A DNA stretch of 63,893 nucleotides, counting the filler, from Ionaspis alba (lineage: Eukaryota), in assembly GCA_964255285.1 (NCBI GenBank). It is 4 parts of 4 records of this genome, joined end to end, with 100 filler letters (N's around TTAATTAATTAA, not from the genome) between each part and the next. Parts side by side here need not be neighbours in the genome. Positions count along the whole stretch, not along the records: positions 1 to 15,931 come from CAXUUL010000358.1; 3 more parts are not named here. One strand, written 5' to 3'. The notes beneath the pieces were generated by a model. That model did no database searches. It was not told where the DNA came from and worked only from the letters and a program-made list of their open reading frames with translations. Of this stretch, positions 1 through 13,251 are shown piece after piece; the first letter of the stretch is position 1, and every line of letters begins with the position of its first letter. Position numbers and translations under genes: made by a program.

Positions 1-964
1 TCCCCGGATATTCTAGTATCCGCGCGTGTTATTTCGTGTCTTCGCCATACACAACTTAAGCAGCTGATCGGAGGCTCGATTCTGGTGGGTTGCTTGAGTG
101 TGACACTGGGATTGGTGTGGATTGCAAGTTGGTCTGGTGTGTATAGTCTGGATTAGGTTACAATGTAAGCTGCATCATCTTGCAGATAGATCTCGTCTCG
201 GTTGGGAGCTGAATAGGGGCATGCTGACCGTCCTCGCTTGATGGGGTTAGATCGGAATATTTTTCGATCTAAGGGCTACGACGCAGAACTCAAAATGGAC
301 CTCGTCGTACTTTTGACTAATGAGAATAAAGAAGTAATAATATGAACGAAATGACTTTCTACTTTGTGGCACCTGGGGATAGTCCAGGGTAAATATCGAA
401 TGCGGTTTGTACTGTTGAAATGGTGGGTCTTGTAAAAAGCATCTAGTCGAGCCTCCCTCATACTTTGCATACATACTCATGTCGGTCAAACAATTAAACC
501 CACAAGCACGCTATTGAAAGAGATGGAATCAGGATTCTCGTGGTGGCTGAAGCCACGTCCCCGGATCTGCGAGCTCCACTGTATGACGAAGTCGACTTAT
601 TCCTGTTCAACCAGTGAATGTTTTACTCTCTCTCGAGCTTCTTCCTTGGCCTTCTCGTTTTGGCTTTCAGCTTGCAAGCTTTTCATACTGGGTGTCACAC
701 TCGCAACACATCTTCGGCGAAGCGTCCCCATTCCTTGGCCTGTGGCTTTGTCTGGCTTTGATTTGTCTGGGCACTGCAAACCAATTAACGTGCAGCACCT
801 GATCCACTGGAGGCCTCAAGGTCTCATTGCTTTAAGATAATGATGGTATTGATGCTATAAGCGCGCCAGTGAATGTCGGAAGGAAAAACTTGTCAAAAAT
901 CTGAGAGAGCTCTCTCGTTCAGCCGGCTCCGCCGTAATGTCGCTTCGGGGTTCCAGCGAGAAGG

Positions 965-972
965 TATATAAA
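965..972 (+). promoter_or_regulatory. TATA box of the Cys-rich secreted protein gene
   Basis: TATATAAA followed by a CT-rich tract, about 200 nt upstream of the ATG at 1165. Confidence 0.55.
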
Positions 973-1164
973 TCCCCCCTTCTTTCTCTCATACCCGCTC
1001 CTCTGGTCTCTCATCTAAGCGGTAACTTGCTTGGTTTCTTTACGATCCACAACACTTTCAAGCTACCAATTTTGCAAACTCGTGGCTACTATTATCCAAA
1101 CCTTCACTTCACACCTCGTCTTAGAAACTGCAGCTTGGAACTTGGAACAGCTTTTATTTTAAGT

Positions 1165-1851
1165 ATGAGCACTCGACGACCTTATGGCAACCACTCGCTA
1201 ATGCTCAACAGCATGACTGGGAACCTCTCCACCATTGCCCTCCTTTTGCTCACTTTCCTCCTCCCCGTGGTTTCCGCCGTCGGGGCACCTTCTTACCCAC
1301 CCGATTGTGCAGAAACCCTTGCCGGCTCTAACGTACTCTCCAAAAGACAATTCCAGCTCCCAAGTTTCGGCTTACCCGGCCCAAGTCTCGCCTGCGTCAA
1401 TGTCGGTAGCAAATGCACCACGCGAGCCGATTGCCAAGTAGCCCCAAGGGGTCCTGTTGCGGACCAATGCGGTAACGAGCTCGCGTTCCCTGCATCTTGC
1501 ATTGATGGCCTGTGTCGCGCGCCACCACTTCAAGGACCCAGGCAGACCTGCGATTGTTTCCAAGGATGCGAAGAAGAGACGGCTGCCACGGGCCTGAGGA
1601 ATACTTGCAGCAATGGCAAATGTGTACCCGAGAACTGTGCTGCCTGTGGCTCCGCTCCTAATGGATTGAAGTGCTGCGCTCCTGGGATTGTGAAGAAGGG
1701 ACTGTGCTTCTGTGCCGGGTTTAGCGGGTCCTCAAATTGTCGGACTGATGCGGGAAAAAAGTGCATTGCTACGGAGCGCTGCTGCTTGGATGGCAGCTGC
1801 TGTTTGCCTGGTACCTGTTCTGAGGATGGTGCTCCGCAATGTCTGCACTAA
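1165..1851 (+). CDS. Small secreted cysteine-rich protein (start 1165, 1201 or 1213)
   Basis: Intronless ORF with hydrophobic signal peptide (IALLLLTFLLPVVSA), dibasic Kex2-like site LSKR|Q and 26 Cys. Confidence 0.8.
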   Translation: MSTRRPYGNHSLMLNSMTGNLSTIALLLLTFLLPVVSAVGAPSYPPDCAETLAGSNVLSKRQFQLPSFGLPGPSLACVNVGSKCTTRADCQVAPRGPVADQCGNELAFPASCIDGLCRAPPLQGPRQTCDCFQGCEEETAATGLRNTCSNGKCVPENCAACGSAPNGLKCCAPGIVKKGLCFCAGFSGSSNCRTDAGKKCIATERCCLDGSCCLPGTCSEDGAPQCLH

Positions 1852-2979
1852 GGGTCCAATGAGGCTTGGAGGGATCTTCAGGTCTTGACCTGGAGTGGAG
1901 GGACAAAATTGAAGGAGAAGACTGAGGTTTTGAATAGCTTTGGGATTTTTTATTTATTTATTTTTGGATTCTCTTCAAAATATTGACGTCCGAAGGGTAC
2001 GGATCAACTCTAGTTTCAGGTGCTTGACTTTCATTTGGTTCCTCAGTTTCAGCCTGTAATTAGTGGAGGGACTTGGCATTCACCGTAGTCAGCAATTATA
2101 CACGTGACTAGGGCAAACGTCGAACTTTTTCTCTTTATTGAATCAATTTCACCAATACTCAATCCATACAGAGACACAAATTAAGCACTGAGTTGCTATC
2201 GGTAATGATTTCGTCAGTCTTATGACAAGTATGGCTGCGTTGTTACGGCGCCGATGCAGACTTGTAGGGGAGAACGAAGGGTCACTTCAGGTAATATGTG
2301 AGAAATGTGGGATGGCTATATCCTCCTCGAGAGAAAGCTGAGACAAGGACTGTCAGTCGAGACAGCTAGAGCGATATAGCAAGACTAAACGCATATCATA
2401 AGTACCGGGCAGTTGCATGCCACAACATCTTAGTGCATATAGTATGTTATTTGGGAACCTGTGAGTTGCCCGCTTCGGTAAGGTGGCCTTGGCCTGCCTC
2501 ACCGCCCGCTGCTTTGGGAATGGCGTTCCTCATCTGCCCGACCTGTCTGCGGGTTTTATAAAAGTCCTCGTCTCTCGCCGTTTTCAACATTTCAATCCTC
2601 GTCCCTTTTTTCTCCCTCTTGTCTCTTCTCTCTTTGGCCTTCAACGATCGGCGTCGACGTTACTGCAGTGCTGTGTTGCGTCACTATCCAATCCCCAAAT
2701 TGCCTCACCCAGGATGGGGCGCGGTCTGCCCTCGTCTTTGCCCTCAGTCTCCCTCTACGCGATTACCGATCGAGCCGTTTTTCACCGTTTTTTTTTTATT
2801 TTTCGCCACGGTCCTCAGAAGCCTTTACAAACCACAAAAACCAGTCATTTTTCCGATTATTTTGTCCCCTTATCCTGTATTGTCAGAAAAACACCCAAAT
2901 CTCGCCGGAAGAGGATGCTGGTAAACGGCGCGATTGGACAGTGGCAGATGTGCAATCGCGTCCAATGAAGAAAATGCCT

Positions 2980-3079
2980 NNNNNNNNNNNNNNNNNNNNN
3001 NNNNNNNNNNNNNNNNNNNNNNNNNNNNNNNNNNNNNNNNNNNNNNNNNNNNNNNNNNNNNNNNNNNNNNNNNNNNNNN
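2980..3079. other. Assembly gap (100 N)
   Basis: Run of exactly 100 N. Confidence 0.99.
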
Positions 3080-3199
3080 GTTCAGCCTCGAGCTGGCGAT
3101 ACAGACTGTACAACGCTATGCATAGTCACACACCGATGGCGGCCATATGGATGCAAACCTCCCGGCCATTATTCTTACTCTGCTCCCAGACCTCCCAGC

Positions 3200-5087
3200 T
3201 CACGTGCGCACCTGCTCCACAGGCTTGACATCCGATGAGGCATCCGTTCCCTCCTTCGACGTGCTATCGTTTTTGAGCTCCTTTTGCCGCTCGACATCTT
3301 TGAGGTTCTCAAAGCCCATTTCCCATGCAACGAGCATAACGCTGCCAAACACGGCAATGCCGAGATACATGGTCCGATCAATCGCCTTACCATACGCCAC
3401 CAGGACGGCGGCCAGTTGAGAGGGAGTCAGGCCCGCGGCACGGATGTTGCGAGCACCAGCCTCGATGATGACCTCGGGGCTGGGGCCGATGAGCGCCGCT
3501 CGCTGCGACAGTTCTTTGCGCAGGCTGTTGTTGAAGATGGCGTTGGCGACGACGACCCAAACGGCGGCGCCCAAGTTCTGGGCGAAGATGATGATCGCGA
3601 TGGCCGTGGGGATCTGTTTCAGGGGGACGAGGGATTGGATGGCGATGTATGCCTAAATGTGTAGGGAGATGTCAGATTTGGAGCACGGCCCGGCGATTGG
3701 TTAGAAGCAACTTACACCTGAATTTCCCACGCCACTACCGATGCCGTAGAGGCATAAGTAGCCGAACCATTGCCCGAAGGTAGTTGTGGGGCTCAGTGTT
3801 GACATGAGTCCGTAGCTAACGGTTGCGATGGCACTACCCGCTAGAATCCAGGGTAGATAGTAGCCCGTGGCTTGTATCAAGCCGCCTGTGACGAGGGTAA
3901 ATATGACCAGGCCCAGCGTTACCGGAAGCAAATGCACGCCGCTCATCAGAGGCGAATCATTTTTGACGACCTGGAAGAAGATGGCCAGGTAAAAGTCGCC
4001 GATGAGAATGCCGCCGAGGGCAAAGAATTGCGTCAGTGATGCTGATCGGACGATAGGGCTCCTGAGGAAAGCAAACGGGATCATTGCGCCGTCCCCTTCT
4101 CGGTGTTCCCAGAATAAAAAGAGCGCAAAGACAGCAGCGGCTCCGCATAGCAGGCCAATGACGACCGAGCTGTCCCAGGCATACTGGTTTCCGCCATACT
4201 CGAGGGCCAACAAAAGCATAATCGCAGCCGGGCTAATAAGGGCAAATCCGACCAGGTCTAGCGACTTGACGGCGGTGCTGAGAACGTTGCGCCAGGGAGG
4301 CTTGACACTTGCCTCTGGCACTTCATTGAAGACGATGCAGAGGGCAACGACAGCACCGATGGGTAGATTAATATAAAAACACCATCTCCATGAGATGCCG
4401 GTTGTGAAAGCACCTCCGACGACGGGGCCGCACGCAAGACCGAGCTGGCCAATACCTATGTTGATTCCTTGGAACAACGGCCGCCGCTCTCTTGGGATGC
4501 AATTGGCGACGGTGGTAAGACAGCCAGTAAACAGGCCGGAAGAACCAAGGCCGGCGATGGCGCGGCCGATAATGAACATAGTTGACGATTGTGCCGCACC
4601 GCATATGGCCGAACCCAGCTCAAAGACGAAGAAGAAGGCGAGAAAGGTCCACTGGGGAAGAGTTAGGCTCAGTCAAGCGAGCGGACTGGAGTGGCGGCAG
4701 TCGACATACCTTGAGGGAGAAATAGGTGTAGATCTTGCCACTCAGTGGCTGGAAGGCAGCGTTTGCCAGTTGATAGGCACCCGCGTACCAGCCGATGTCT
4801 ATCAAGGCGTCGAATTCGGTAGTAATGGCGGGCGTTGCGGTGGAAATGATGGCCAGGTCGAGGAAAAGGAGATAGTATGCCATGGTGGAGCCTGCCAGGA
4901 TCGAGGCAAGCTTAAGGCCTGTGGGATAGTCGTAGCGGTGCTCGCCATCGTTTGCGGGATCTTGGCCTGAAGCATTCTCATTCTTCACGACGCTCTCATT
5001 ATCTTGTGCAGGAAGAGTATGGGAAGAGTCCGAGGTGGGGGAATCGACTACGGCCTCGATGGGATTCGCAGCCCGGTCTGGCTCCAT
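3200..5087 (-). CDS. MFS drug:H+ antiporter, DHA2/14-TMS (toxin-efflux type); exons 5087-4710, 4651-3716, 3652-3200
   Basis: Motifs LDLAIISTATPAIT, WYAGAY, PLSGKIY, GRAIAGLG, WRWCFYINLPIG; two GT-AG introns join the three ORFs in frame. Confidence 0.93.
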
Positions 5088-5763
5088 CTTCGGGCGGGAG
5101 TGGAAGAGAAAGATTGAGGCAAGGTGGAAGAAAGGTGGAAGAGAGGAGGAGGAGGAGGAGGAGGGAAAAGATTGGGGGTGGTGTTATAGGTACTAGAGGA
5201 ACTCAGCCGTTGGTTAAGCGATTAACATTAAAAGGGTAGAAAAGATGAGAGAGTCTTTGGCTTCACTGCACGACCAGGCCTACGTGTCGGCACCACCTTT
5301 CTTGCGGGAATCCACGCCGCTTGGTTCTTTGAGGTCATTCTGTAAAAGACCGACGGACTATCCGAAAAGAACTCCAAATGATTGGCAAAAGATCGCAGCA
5401 GATATTGGTACAGATCACGAAAAAACCAAAGCCTTGAGGATACATATGTCATTACGCTGATAGGCAAGGGTGGCTGCCACACTTGGAGCTTTGACGATTC
5501 CGAACGATAGAACCTTTGCTCAGGCGACGGAGTCGTGGGGACTCACCATGATTTGGGTAGTGTGTGTGACTAGGGGCAGTTGAACGAGGGAACTTTTCTG
5601 CTGCATCTGATTGGTGCAGGCAGGGGGGTCTTCCCACCTGCTGAGTGACATGGAAACCAGATCCTTCGGGGAGGGTCATTGGACCGCACGCTGCTCAATG
5701 CATTTGATCAGGAATCTGGAAGCCACGTTGAGATTACGAGCATGCCGTTCATGGGGCTACTAG

Positions 5764-7521
5764 CTAGGCAAAGTTGACAGGAATATCCTGGACATACTCT
5801 TCTAGACGCCGATATACCATTTGTCTTACATCGAATGCCTTCCGGTGCTCGCCGGCTGCAACAAGCGCATCTTCCAGCAGCCACATCTCCCGGATGAGTC
5901 GCGGGTCCATCTCAGCATTGGCGTACTCTCGGAGGGCTACGACAGACCGCATCCGTCCTACAGTATCAAAGGGTGCCTCGAGTCTGTCATACTCAGCATT
6001 GAGGTCCATGGATGTCCTGACAGCACAAGCGACATTTGCTGCTTGCCCGCGCGATATCCTCGACCTCACCTCAATCCCCGTCTCCAACAGGTCAGTAGTT
6101 GCAGGCCACTCTCCCAAGACTTTGGCCGTCACTAGGCACGCCAGGATAGGGAGCAACGTGGTGGCGTCACCAGGAGAAGTTGCGCTCCTGCTGAGGATGC
6201 ATTCAGCGTGATCTCGAAGCACCCCAACGCTGCTCGCCCGAAGTTTGTCGTAATTCCGAGGTGGCGAAGTATTCACTGGCGGTGCTAACAGGTGCTGGAG
6301 CATCCCGTCCTCCTCGAAAGGTGTGATCTGGTAGTCGCCTGCGGTCTGATCCGCTTCAGCAGTAGTGCTGAAGATCTGCCGCGACGTGATGTGGCCAAGC
6401 CATTGTTTTGTCGCATCAATGATGGCTCTTGGGGGCTCGATCGAGCATGAGTCCCAGTGGATGCGTGAGTAAAGATGGAACAGGCGATCGTCAAAGTGGC
6501 CGAAGAGGATCTCGGCGTTGAGCGTCCACGCCCGCTCAACCCAAAACAAGAAGGCGCCAGGGAAGAGCCAGGACCCGGAGGCGGGCAATGCTTCGTTTCC
6601 GTCGGGCGAGACGGTTGGCGGTGATGAGGTCAGTAAAGTGTTGCTGGGAGTGGTCCGCAAACTCTGTAGAGTGGGGACGAACACTCCCAACGCTTGGAGT
6701 ATAGCAGGCAGGGGATGGGTCTTCGGCATCTGGCCTTCGACCAGTGCCACCAGATGAGCGAGCAGCCCCTGGAAGAGCTGCAGATGATTGGATCTCACCA
6801 TGTGATGCATTATCTCGAGCATGTTCCATACCAACGCAGGCCCGTCGAGCTTCAACATCTCCTCAAGTAGCAGGAATGCCTTCCTGGCCAACCTGCCCGC
6901 CAAACTTCCCTGGCCGCGGTTTAGCATATCAATCACTAGCTTGAACGTGAAGTTCATCTCTTGATTTAGCTCGGGCGGGAATTGCGGAATTGATGCTGAA
7001 GCTGTGTCATTGGGTTGTACAGACTCGTAGAACGACACGCTCCATATCTGCACACTGTTTAGGATTAGGAGCATGAGACTGTCGTCGTTGCCGAGTTGAG
7101 GAGAGATTGGCACCGAGCACAGACCAGGGGAAGGACTGGGCTTTCTGCTCACTACCGTCGTCATGGAAGTTGGCGTCGGTGTAGCTGAGCGTCTAGAGTT
7201 CTTCTGGATACCCCATTTGGCGAATCGTTTCTTGTACATCTGTTGTCTGCCCACACCAGTATCAATCCGGTTCTGTCGAGACCACTTCGCAGGTGAGACT
7301 TGATCTTACGTCGCTTTGAAGCCATACTTCGTCTCCATATACTGCATAATGTACCGCAGCTTCCGACGCTCGCGAACGTAAAGCTTTTCAATCTCATGTT
7401 GTAAAGCTGTCCAGTCGTCGTTTGTCGGCATGGGTCGTGGTGCTGGTACAGTACACCCGCCCATGCTGTCCGCCGAAGGCGCCAATGGTAAAAGCGTCCT
7501 CGAAACAGGCACGAGCTGCAT
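5764..7521 (-). CDS. Clr5-domain protein; intron 7247-7309
   Basis: N-terminal W..L...IEKLYVRERRKLRYIMQYMETKYGFKATQQMYKKRFAKWGIQKN is typical of the Clr5 domain; long helical C-terminal region. Confidence 0.85.
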
Positions 7522-8512
7522 GGAACTTTTTCCTCGTACAGGTCGATGAAATTGAGAACAATCTTTCAGGAAAAATGAATGAGCAATGAGCATAAATGCA
7601 GGTTGCTGAAGCGTGGCTATCACACCAGAAACTCGTCTAAATATTGCCTCGATCCACCAATTAAACGGCAGGGAAAGGTTCCTTGCAGGACTAGCGTCTT
7701 CGTTTATCTAAGATCAGTCTTAGCTTGTGGGCGTCATCATGATCGCTAGCTCGCATTCACGAGGACGAGGACGCGACGCTCCGACTGATCAATTTGATCA
7801 AGGCGGACTTTAGGCAAAATGGTCCCAAGGCCCATATCTCCTTCGATGGCGGCTGAAAATTGGTCAATGTCTGCAGCGACGATGAGTCTACAAGATGATT
7901 AGGTTGGACACCTTCTTCTTGACCCTGACTTCCATCAGAGCCAGCTAAGCAAGTCTCCTTGCATTCCGTATTCCCAGGCCTGGCTCATAGTGTTGATCTT
8001 CTCTCTCAATTAGCACAGACTTGAGATCTGTTGGCGCTTTCGGATTCCCCTTCATCCTGTCCTCGAAGCAACCCCATTCGATTGCTTTCCACCACTACGG
8101 TCAATTGTCGCTATCGTCCGCTTTTGACATGATGGATGTGCACTGGTCGTGATGCCTGTGGTCCACGCGTGGAAAGGGTACAAGCGACTCGGACATGTCA
8201 TCCTGAATCCTGCTCGCGGACGATTCATCTTGTGGTGGATCACAGTGGTCAAGGATGGCGTCCGTAAGGTCGCCGTGAAGAGCAGTCAACCGTTAGAGCA
8301 GCGAGGGGTGTGCCAAGAGAAATGTGGGAAAGGGTGCGAAAGCTGCTTCTCGAGGTGCGGTGTTCTGCCGCCATCCCACAGTTACTCAAATTCTACTTGA
8401 TATTGTACGATCAAAAATGATAGAAGTATATTTCTAGTAGGTATAAAACAGCGCGTCCACATAGTGTGACGTGTATTTGACATCAGAATGCTACATATAG
8501 AACCAAATTGCC

Positions 8513-9701
8513 TCAAAGGATATCATATTCCGGATTAACCCAACTTGGTTGTCCTGACTTGGCTCGCAGTCTCGGACCAATGGAATGTAGTCCTGCCAAC
8601 ACAGGTACAGAGGCGAAGAAGGTGATAATGCCTTGGGCGGCGAAGGAGAGTGTCCAGCCTGATGCTGTTTGCCATTGGATGATGAAGAACTGCAGGACGT
8701 GATCAGCAGCTGGTCAAAACCGAAAGTGATGGTGGGAGGAAAGGACAGATTTAAACGTTAGGAGATCTAGGAGATAGCGGTGTGAAACTCACAGGACTGA
8801 TGAAAGCGCTCAAGTTCAAGAAGACAGCGTAGAACGTTATGACGCTCATGGATTGCAGGGGATAGCAGTCTACAATGTAGGACGTAATCACCGTGTTACC
8901 CATTTGAATGCCAGCCGCAACTGTAGAGGTTAGCGCCAGGTGGGGGACAATCGTGAGAGGCTATTGGAGTATGAACTTACAGATGAAGAAAGCAATCTGC
9001 CCCACGATCCAATGATAATTCTGGTCAATACTGATTCCCCATACAATGAGACCAACTGCAACCATTAGCCTCTAGCTCATCTATTCTCAATTCCCAGCGA
9101 GACTTACTTGCGCTCAGTAATGCTGCAGGATAACCCAACCACAACCTCATTTCCGGCACTCTAACATTATTGTTCTTCCTCGCCAGCTTCACCATCAGCC
9201 AATCGCTCAACGTGCCAGAGCAGAAGACTTCTGAGAAAACGGTCCCGAGCAGTAATCCGATAAAGAGCAATCCCTGGATCTGCGGCGTGTATTGCACATA
9301 TGCAGTCGGAAGCATCGTAATGACCGTCANNNNNNNNNNNNNNNNNNNNNNNNNNNNNNNNNNNNNNNNNNNNNNNNNNNNNNNNNNNNNNNNNNNNNNN
9401 NNNNNNNNNNNNNNNNNNNNNNNNNNNNNTTTGTAAAAATGAGTATGTGGTTGGTTCTGCGGACTTACTTCATCATGACTATAGCCAGGATGACATGTTT
9501 CCTCCACTTCGTCCAATTGAGAGGGTCCAAAGGGTCTGCTGTAGGTTGAGGATGTACTTCCACGCCATCTTTCGTGATCTTGATATCCTCTCCAGCTCCA
9601 TGATCAAGTGAACCCTTCCCGTCGTAAACATCCGGAGAAGAGTCGCCGGCGCCGTTCGCCGCCTCAATCTTTGAATCCTTCTCGTTCAGTTCTTCAGCCA
9701 T
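8513..9701 (-). CDS. HOL1-like MFS transporter, multi-exon, middle lost in gap 9330-9429
   Basis: N-terminal PQPTADPLDPLNW..WRK; C-terminal GTLSDW, PEMRLW, SYIVDCYP; stop after WVNPEYDIL. Confidence 0.85.
9330..9429. other. Assembly gap (100 N) inside the MFS gene
   Basis: 100 N; the missing TM helices imply the true gap is longer. Confidence 0.99.
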
Positions 9702-11592
9702 GGTATCTTAGATCTCTTGGATGACAAGGACTTCCTCAATTAAGCGCGTCCGGGCTGGAGTGCAAGAGAAAATTGAGTATCAAGAAAGTGAAAGCAACGA
9801 TTTATGACGAGCTGTGCGGAGGGAAATCGCGTATGCAAAGGCAAGAGACGAGAGGCCCCTCCAATAACCAGGTCAAGCACGCAAAAAGCTAGGTGCAGGT
9901 GTGAAAGTGGCTGTTGATCTCAAGGTACTGGGAAGGTGTGCACGTTTTTCAACCCCCCTGAGAGATGCGAGGGCCTCGCGTGGATGGGGATGGGGATGCG
10001 GGACAGGTATTGTCTGGTATGCAGGCATGGCGGATAAGTCTAATGATTATAATCTTGAAAGGGTATGCAGCTGGTTTTGGGGTCAGAGAAGGGAGAAGGA
10101 GGACGTGATCGTCCGACCTTCCGCCTTGCGCCAATGATTGGCGTATTGGCAATCGTGCCGTGTTCTCGGCGGCATGGTTGTCGTAGTTGCCGTGTAGGAT
10201 TGGAGAAGGGGTATTGTTGAATCATGATCCTGCGATTGCTTATCTTTGATCGTGGTATCAAGCTATTGATCAATCTCGCTGTTCGGCTAGTCGTCGTTGT
10301 CGTCGTCGTTGATTTGGCGCGCTGTTGCTGACTATGGCTGGCTTTAACCACTGGCCTGGTCCCTGGAGGTCGAGGCACAAAAGCTTAGCTCTAGCTCGGC
10401 ATGATAGCTGCTCATCATTCTATCGACTAACAAGATTGACACACATACATGTCCACTCGACAAGCAGTTCGATTTCTCCTTCACCTGAGGTTTGGATACT
10501 TCCATTCGAATCGGACCTTTTGGGTGCTGGTTACCGAATACACTGCTCCCGGTTACGCCTTTTCAGGTGATGTGTGTGACCTGATTGAGGCGTGGCCGTG
10601 CATCTCGTCGGCGGAATTGAGAGGAACAGAGTGATGCAGCTCATGCACGAATTAATTGGAGTGTTACACGTCCTGCATGTGCTTGAGGGATACTGGGGTA
10701 AACACATGGTGGGAGGAGAAGCCAGAAGCCCCCTATGGGCTGAAGAGCTGCGGGTGATGTCACATGAGATCTACGGCTCGGTTGTGCTTTCTCTTCGTCT
10801 CTTGCTCTTAGCATTTGTCTAGTCCGTTGCGGCTAGGTATTTGGAGCCTGGCGTGGGGGTTGGCTCTCATTTTCTATCTCAACGTCCTAGGACGAATCAT
10901 GGTGTTGTGGTGTTGTTGTTATTCTCTATATTGAGACATGCTGATTTCTGAGATCTTTGTTTCCGATGCTTTGAAATGGGAAAACTGTTGCATGCTGACA
11001 ACGCTTGCGCTCACGATCTTGAATGCACCTGTCCTCTCGGGTAAGATCGTTGGTCTTGTACGGGGACCGAAGAGGCTGCATGCCTCAATGCTGGACACCA
11101 TCCTGCGCTGATCCTTGGCTCGGAACAGATAAGAACATTAGGGCTTGCTCTAGCGGCCCCATCCCATGTTGCTGATCTCTAACCACTTATTGCTTGCGGT
11201 ATTTTCATAGGTGGAGGCATCAATTGCCGATACATTTTGAATACAATGGACATGGAAGATGGTGTGCAAGATTCGAAATCTTATGACTTGATTACACAAA
11301 TCATCGCCTTGTCCCTAGTCCTTCTTAAGCGCCATTTCCTCAATCGCCGTCCCCTGCTCCGACATGTTTGCCTTCCTATCTCCAAAAGTCTATCCATCCC
11401 TTCATTGAGCGGCGGACTCGAAGGGGTCGCTATCGGATCCATTTGCCGTATTCATGAGAAACGCTATCTGTTTGATCACCTTGTTTACCATGTGTACCAT
11501 GAGCTTGTCTAGTTAATCAATTTTCCCTAGCAAGATCTCCACGATAAACAGAGCCATTCTATTGTGTGATTTTGTGTGACACTGTTCCAAAA

Positions 11593-13251
11593 ATGACAGA
11601 CTCCAGCATGGACGAGAACAACAATGGCCATCGATGGCTGCCAGACTTCCTTCAGAGCGCGAAGAAATTGAACGGCTCATCGAGCTCAACGCCTCCCAAT
11701 GAGACGTCGAGTCTTCTACCCAAAAGGACTGGGGACTCCGATCAAGTGGAAAGCCAGCAGGATGGAGAGATGTACGATTTGCAGGATGAGGGCAAATCCA
11801 CCACCCGACTTGTTTACAAAGAGTTCATCATCCTCTTGAAGGGATCGATACCAGTCATCCTAGCATATACGCTCCAGAACTCCTTACAGACCGTTTCGGT
11901 GGTCATAGTAGGGAGAGGATCTCCAGAGGATCTTGCCACAGCTGCTTTCTCTTACATGTTTGCCATGAGCACAGCCTGGCTCATAGCGCTGGGAGGGTCT
12001 ACTGCACTAGATACTCTGGCCTCTTCGACTTTTACTGGTAGCAAGAATCCTCATGACCTTGGTATACTCCTTCAAAGATCTTTCTTGATCTTAGGGCTCT
12101 TCTATATTCCTGTTTGTGTCCTGTGGATCTTCTCCGAACCAGTGTTCCTGCTTCTTGACCAGGATGCACAAATCTCTCGAGACAGTGCCCGATTCCTGAG
12201 CTGCCTGGTTCCCGGTGGACTGGGTTATATCTATTTTGAGGCTATGAAAAAATATCTGCAGGCTCAAGGTAAATTGACGAATCTGACCATTGATAATAGG
12301 GGCTGATGGATCTGTTCAGAGATTATGAGACCAGGAACTTATGTCCTCCTCATCACATCCCCGATCAACGCCGCCCTCAATTATATCTTCATTCACACCT
12401 TCGACTTCGGCCTCCTTGGTGCTCCTATAGCAACTGGAATCTCTTACTGGCTCTCCTTCCTCCTCCTCCTTGCATATGCTCGCTACATCAAAGGATGGGA
12501 TTCCTGGGGTGGTTGGTCCCGCAAATGTCTCCACAACATGGGCACCTTCTCTCGGCTGGCCGGTTTGGGCGTCATCCACGTCGGCACAGAGTGGTGGGCT
12601 TTCGAGATCGTGGCTTTGGCTGCTGGAAAGCTCGGCACCATCCCACTCGCTGCGCAGAGTGTGATTATGACTTCGGATCAGATCATGAATACTATCCCCT
12701 TTGGGGTAGGTGTTGCTACAAGCGCACGAGTTGGGAATTTACTCGGTGCCAGGAATGCCAGGGGTGCTGCCAGAGCTTCAAACACCGCCGCCTGGTTGAG
12801 TATGCTGCTGGGTGCTGTGGTGTTGGTCGTCTTGATGGCGTCGAAGGAGAGCTTTGCGAAAATATTCAATGATGATGAGCAAGTCGTCAAGCTGACGGCT
12901 AAGGTTCTCCCCTTTGTGGCGCTTTTCCAAATCGCTGATGGGTTGAATGGGAGCTGTGGAGGCGCTCTCAGAGGTATGGGTCGGCAGCATATTGGTGCAG
13001 CCGTCAACATCGTCAGCTATTACTGTGGCGCCTTGCCGCTGGGTATCTATCTCGCTTTCAATGGCTGGGGACTCGAGGGCTTGTGGGTCGGACAGTGCAT
13101 CGCTCTGTACTTGGTCGGTGCCTTGGAATGGGCCATTGTTGCCTTCACTAACTGGGAATACCAAGTCAAGAAGGCTTTCGAGCGAATGGACAGTGGAGAG
13201 CAGGTCGAGTCCGGCTCCGAAACTCGAGAGAATGATAATAGCGAGCATTAA
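11593..13251 (+). CDS. MATE family efflux transporter (ERC1-like); intron 12269-12319
   Basis: ALDTLAS, YLQAQ(E)IMRP, EWWAFEI, RVGNLLGA, FQIADG, GALRGMGRQ motifs; GT-AG intron joins two ORFs in frame. Confidence 0.95.

Noticed and set aside
247..840. Short overlapping ORFs at the window start
   Set aside because: No recognisable motif or consistent splice model; could be a decayed gene but this cannot be supported
937..1164. N-terminal extension of the 304-aa ORF
   Set aside because: Contains the TATA box and CT-rich leader, and the signal peptide begins only after 1165-1213; probably promoter and 5' UTR
5774..6211. Antisense and alternative-frame ORFs over real genes (also at 3284, 12778, 54846, 61711 and others)
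   Set aside because: Shadow ORFs of coding regions with no independent motifs
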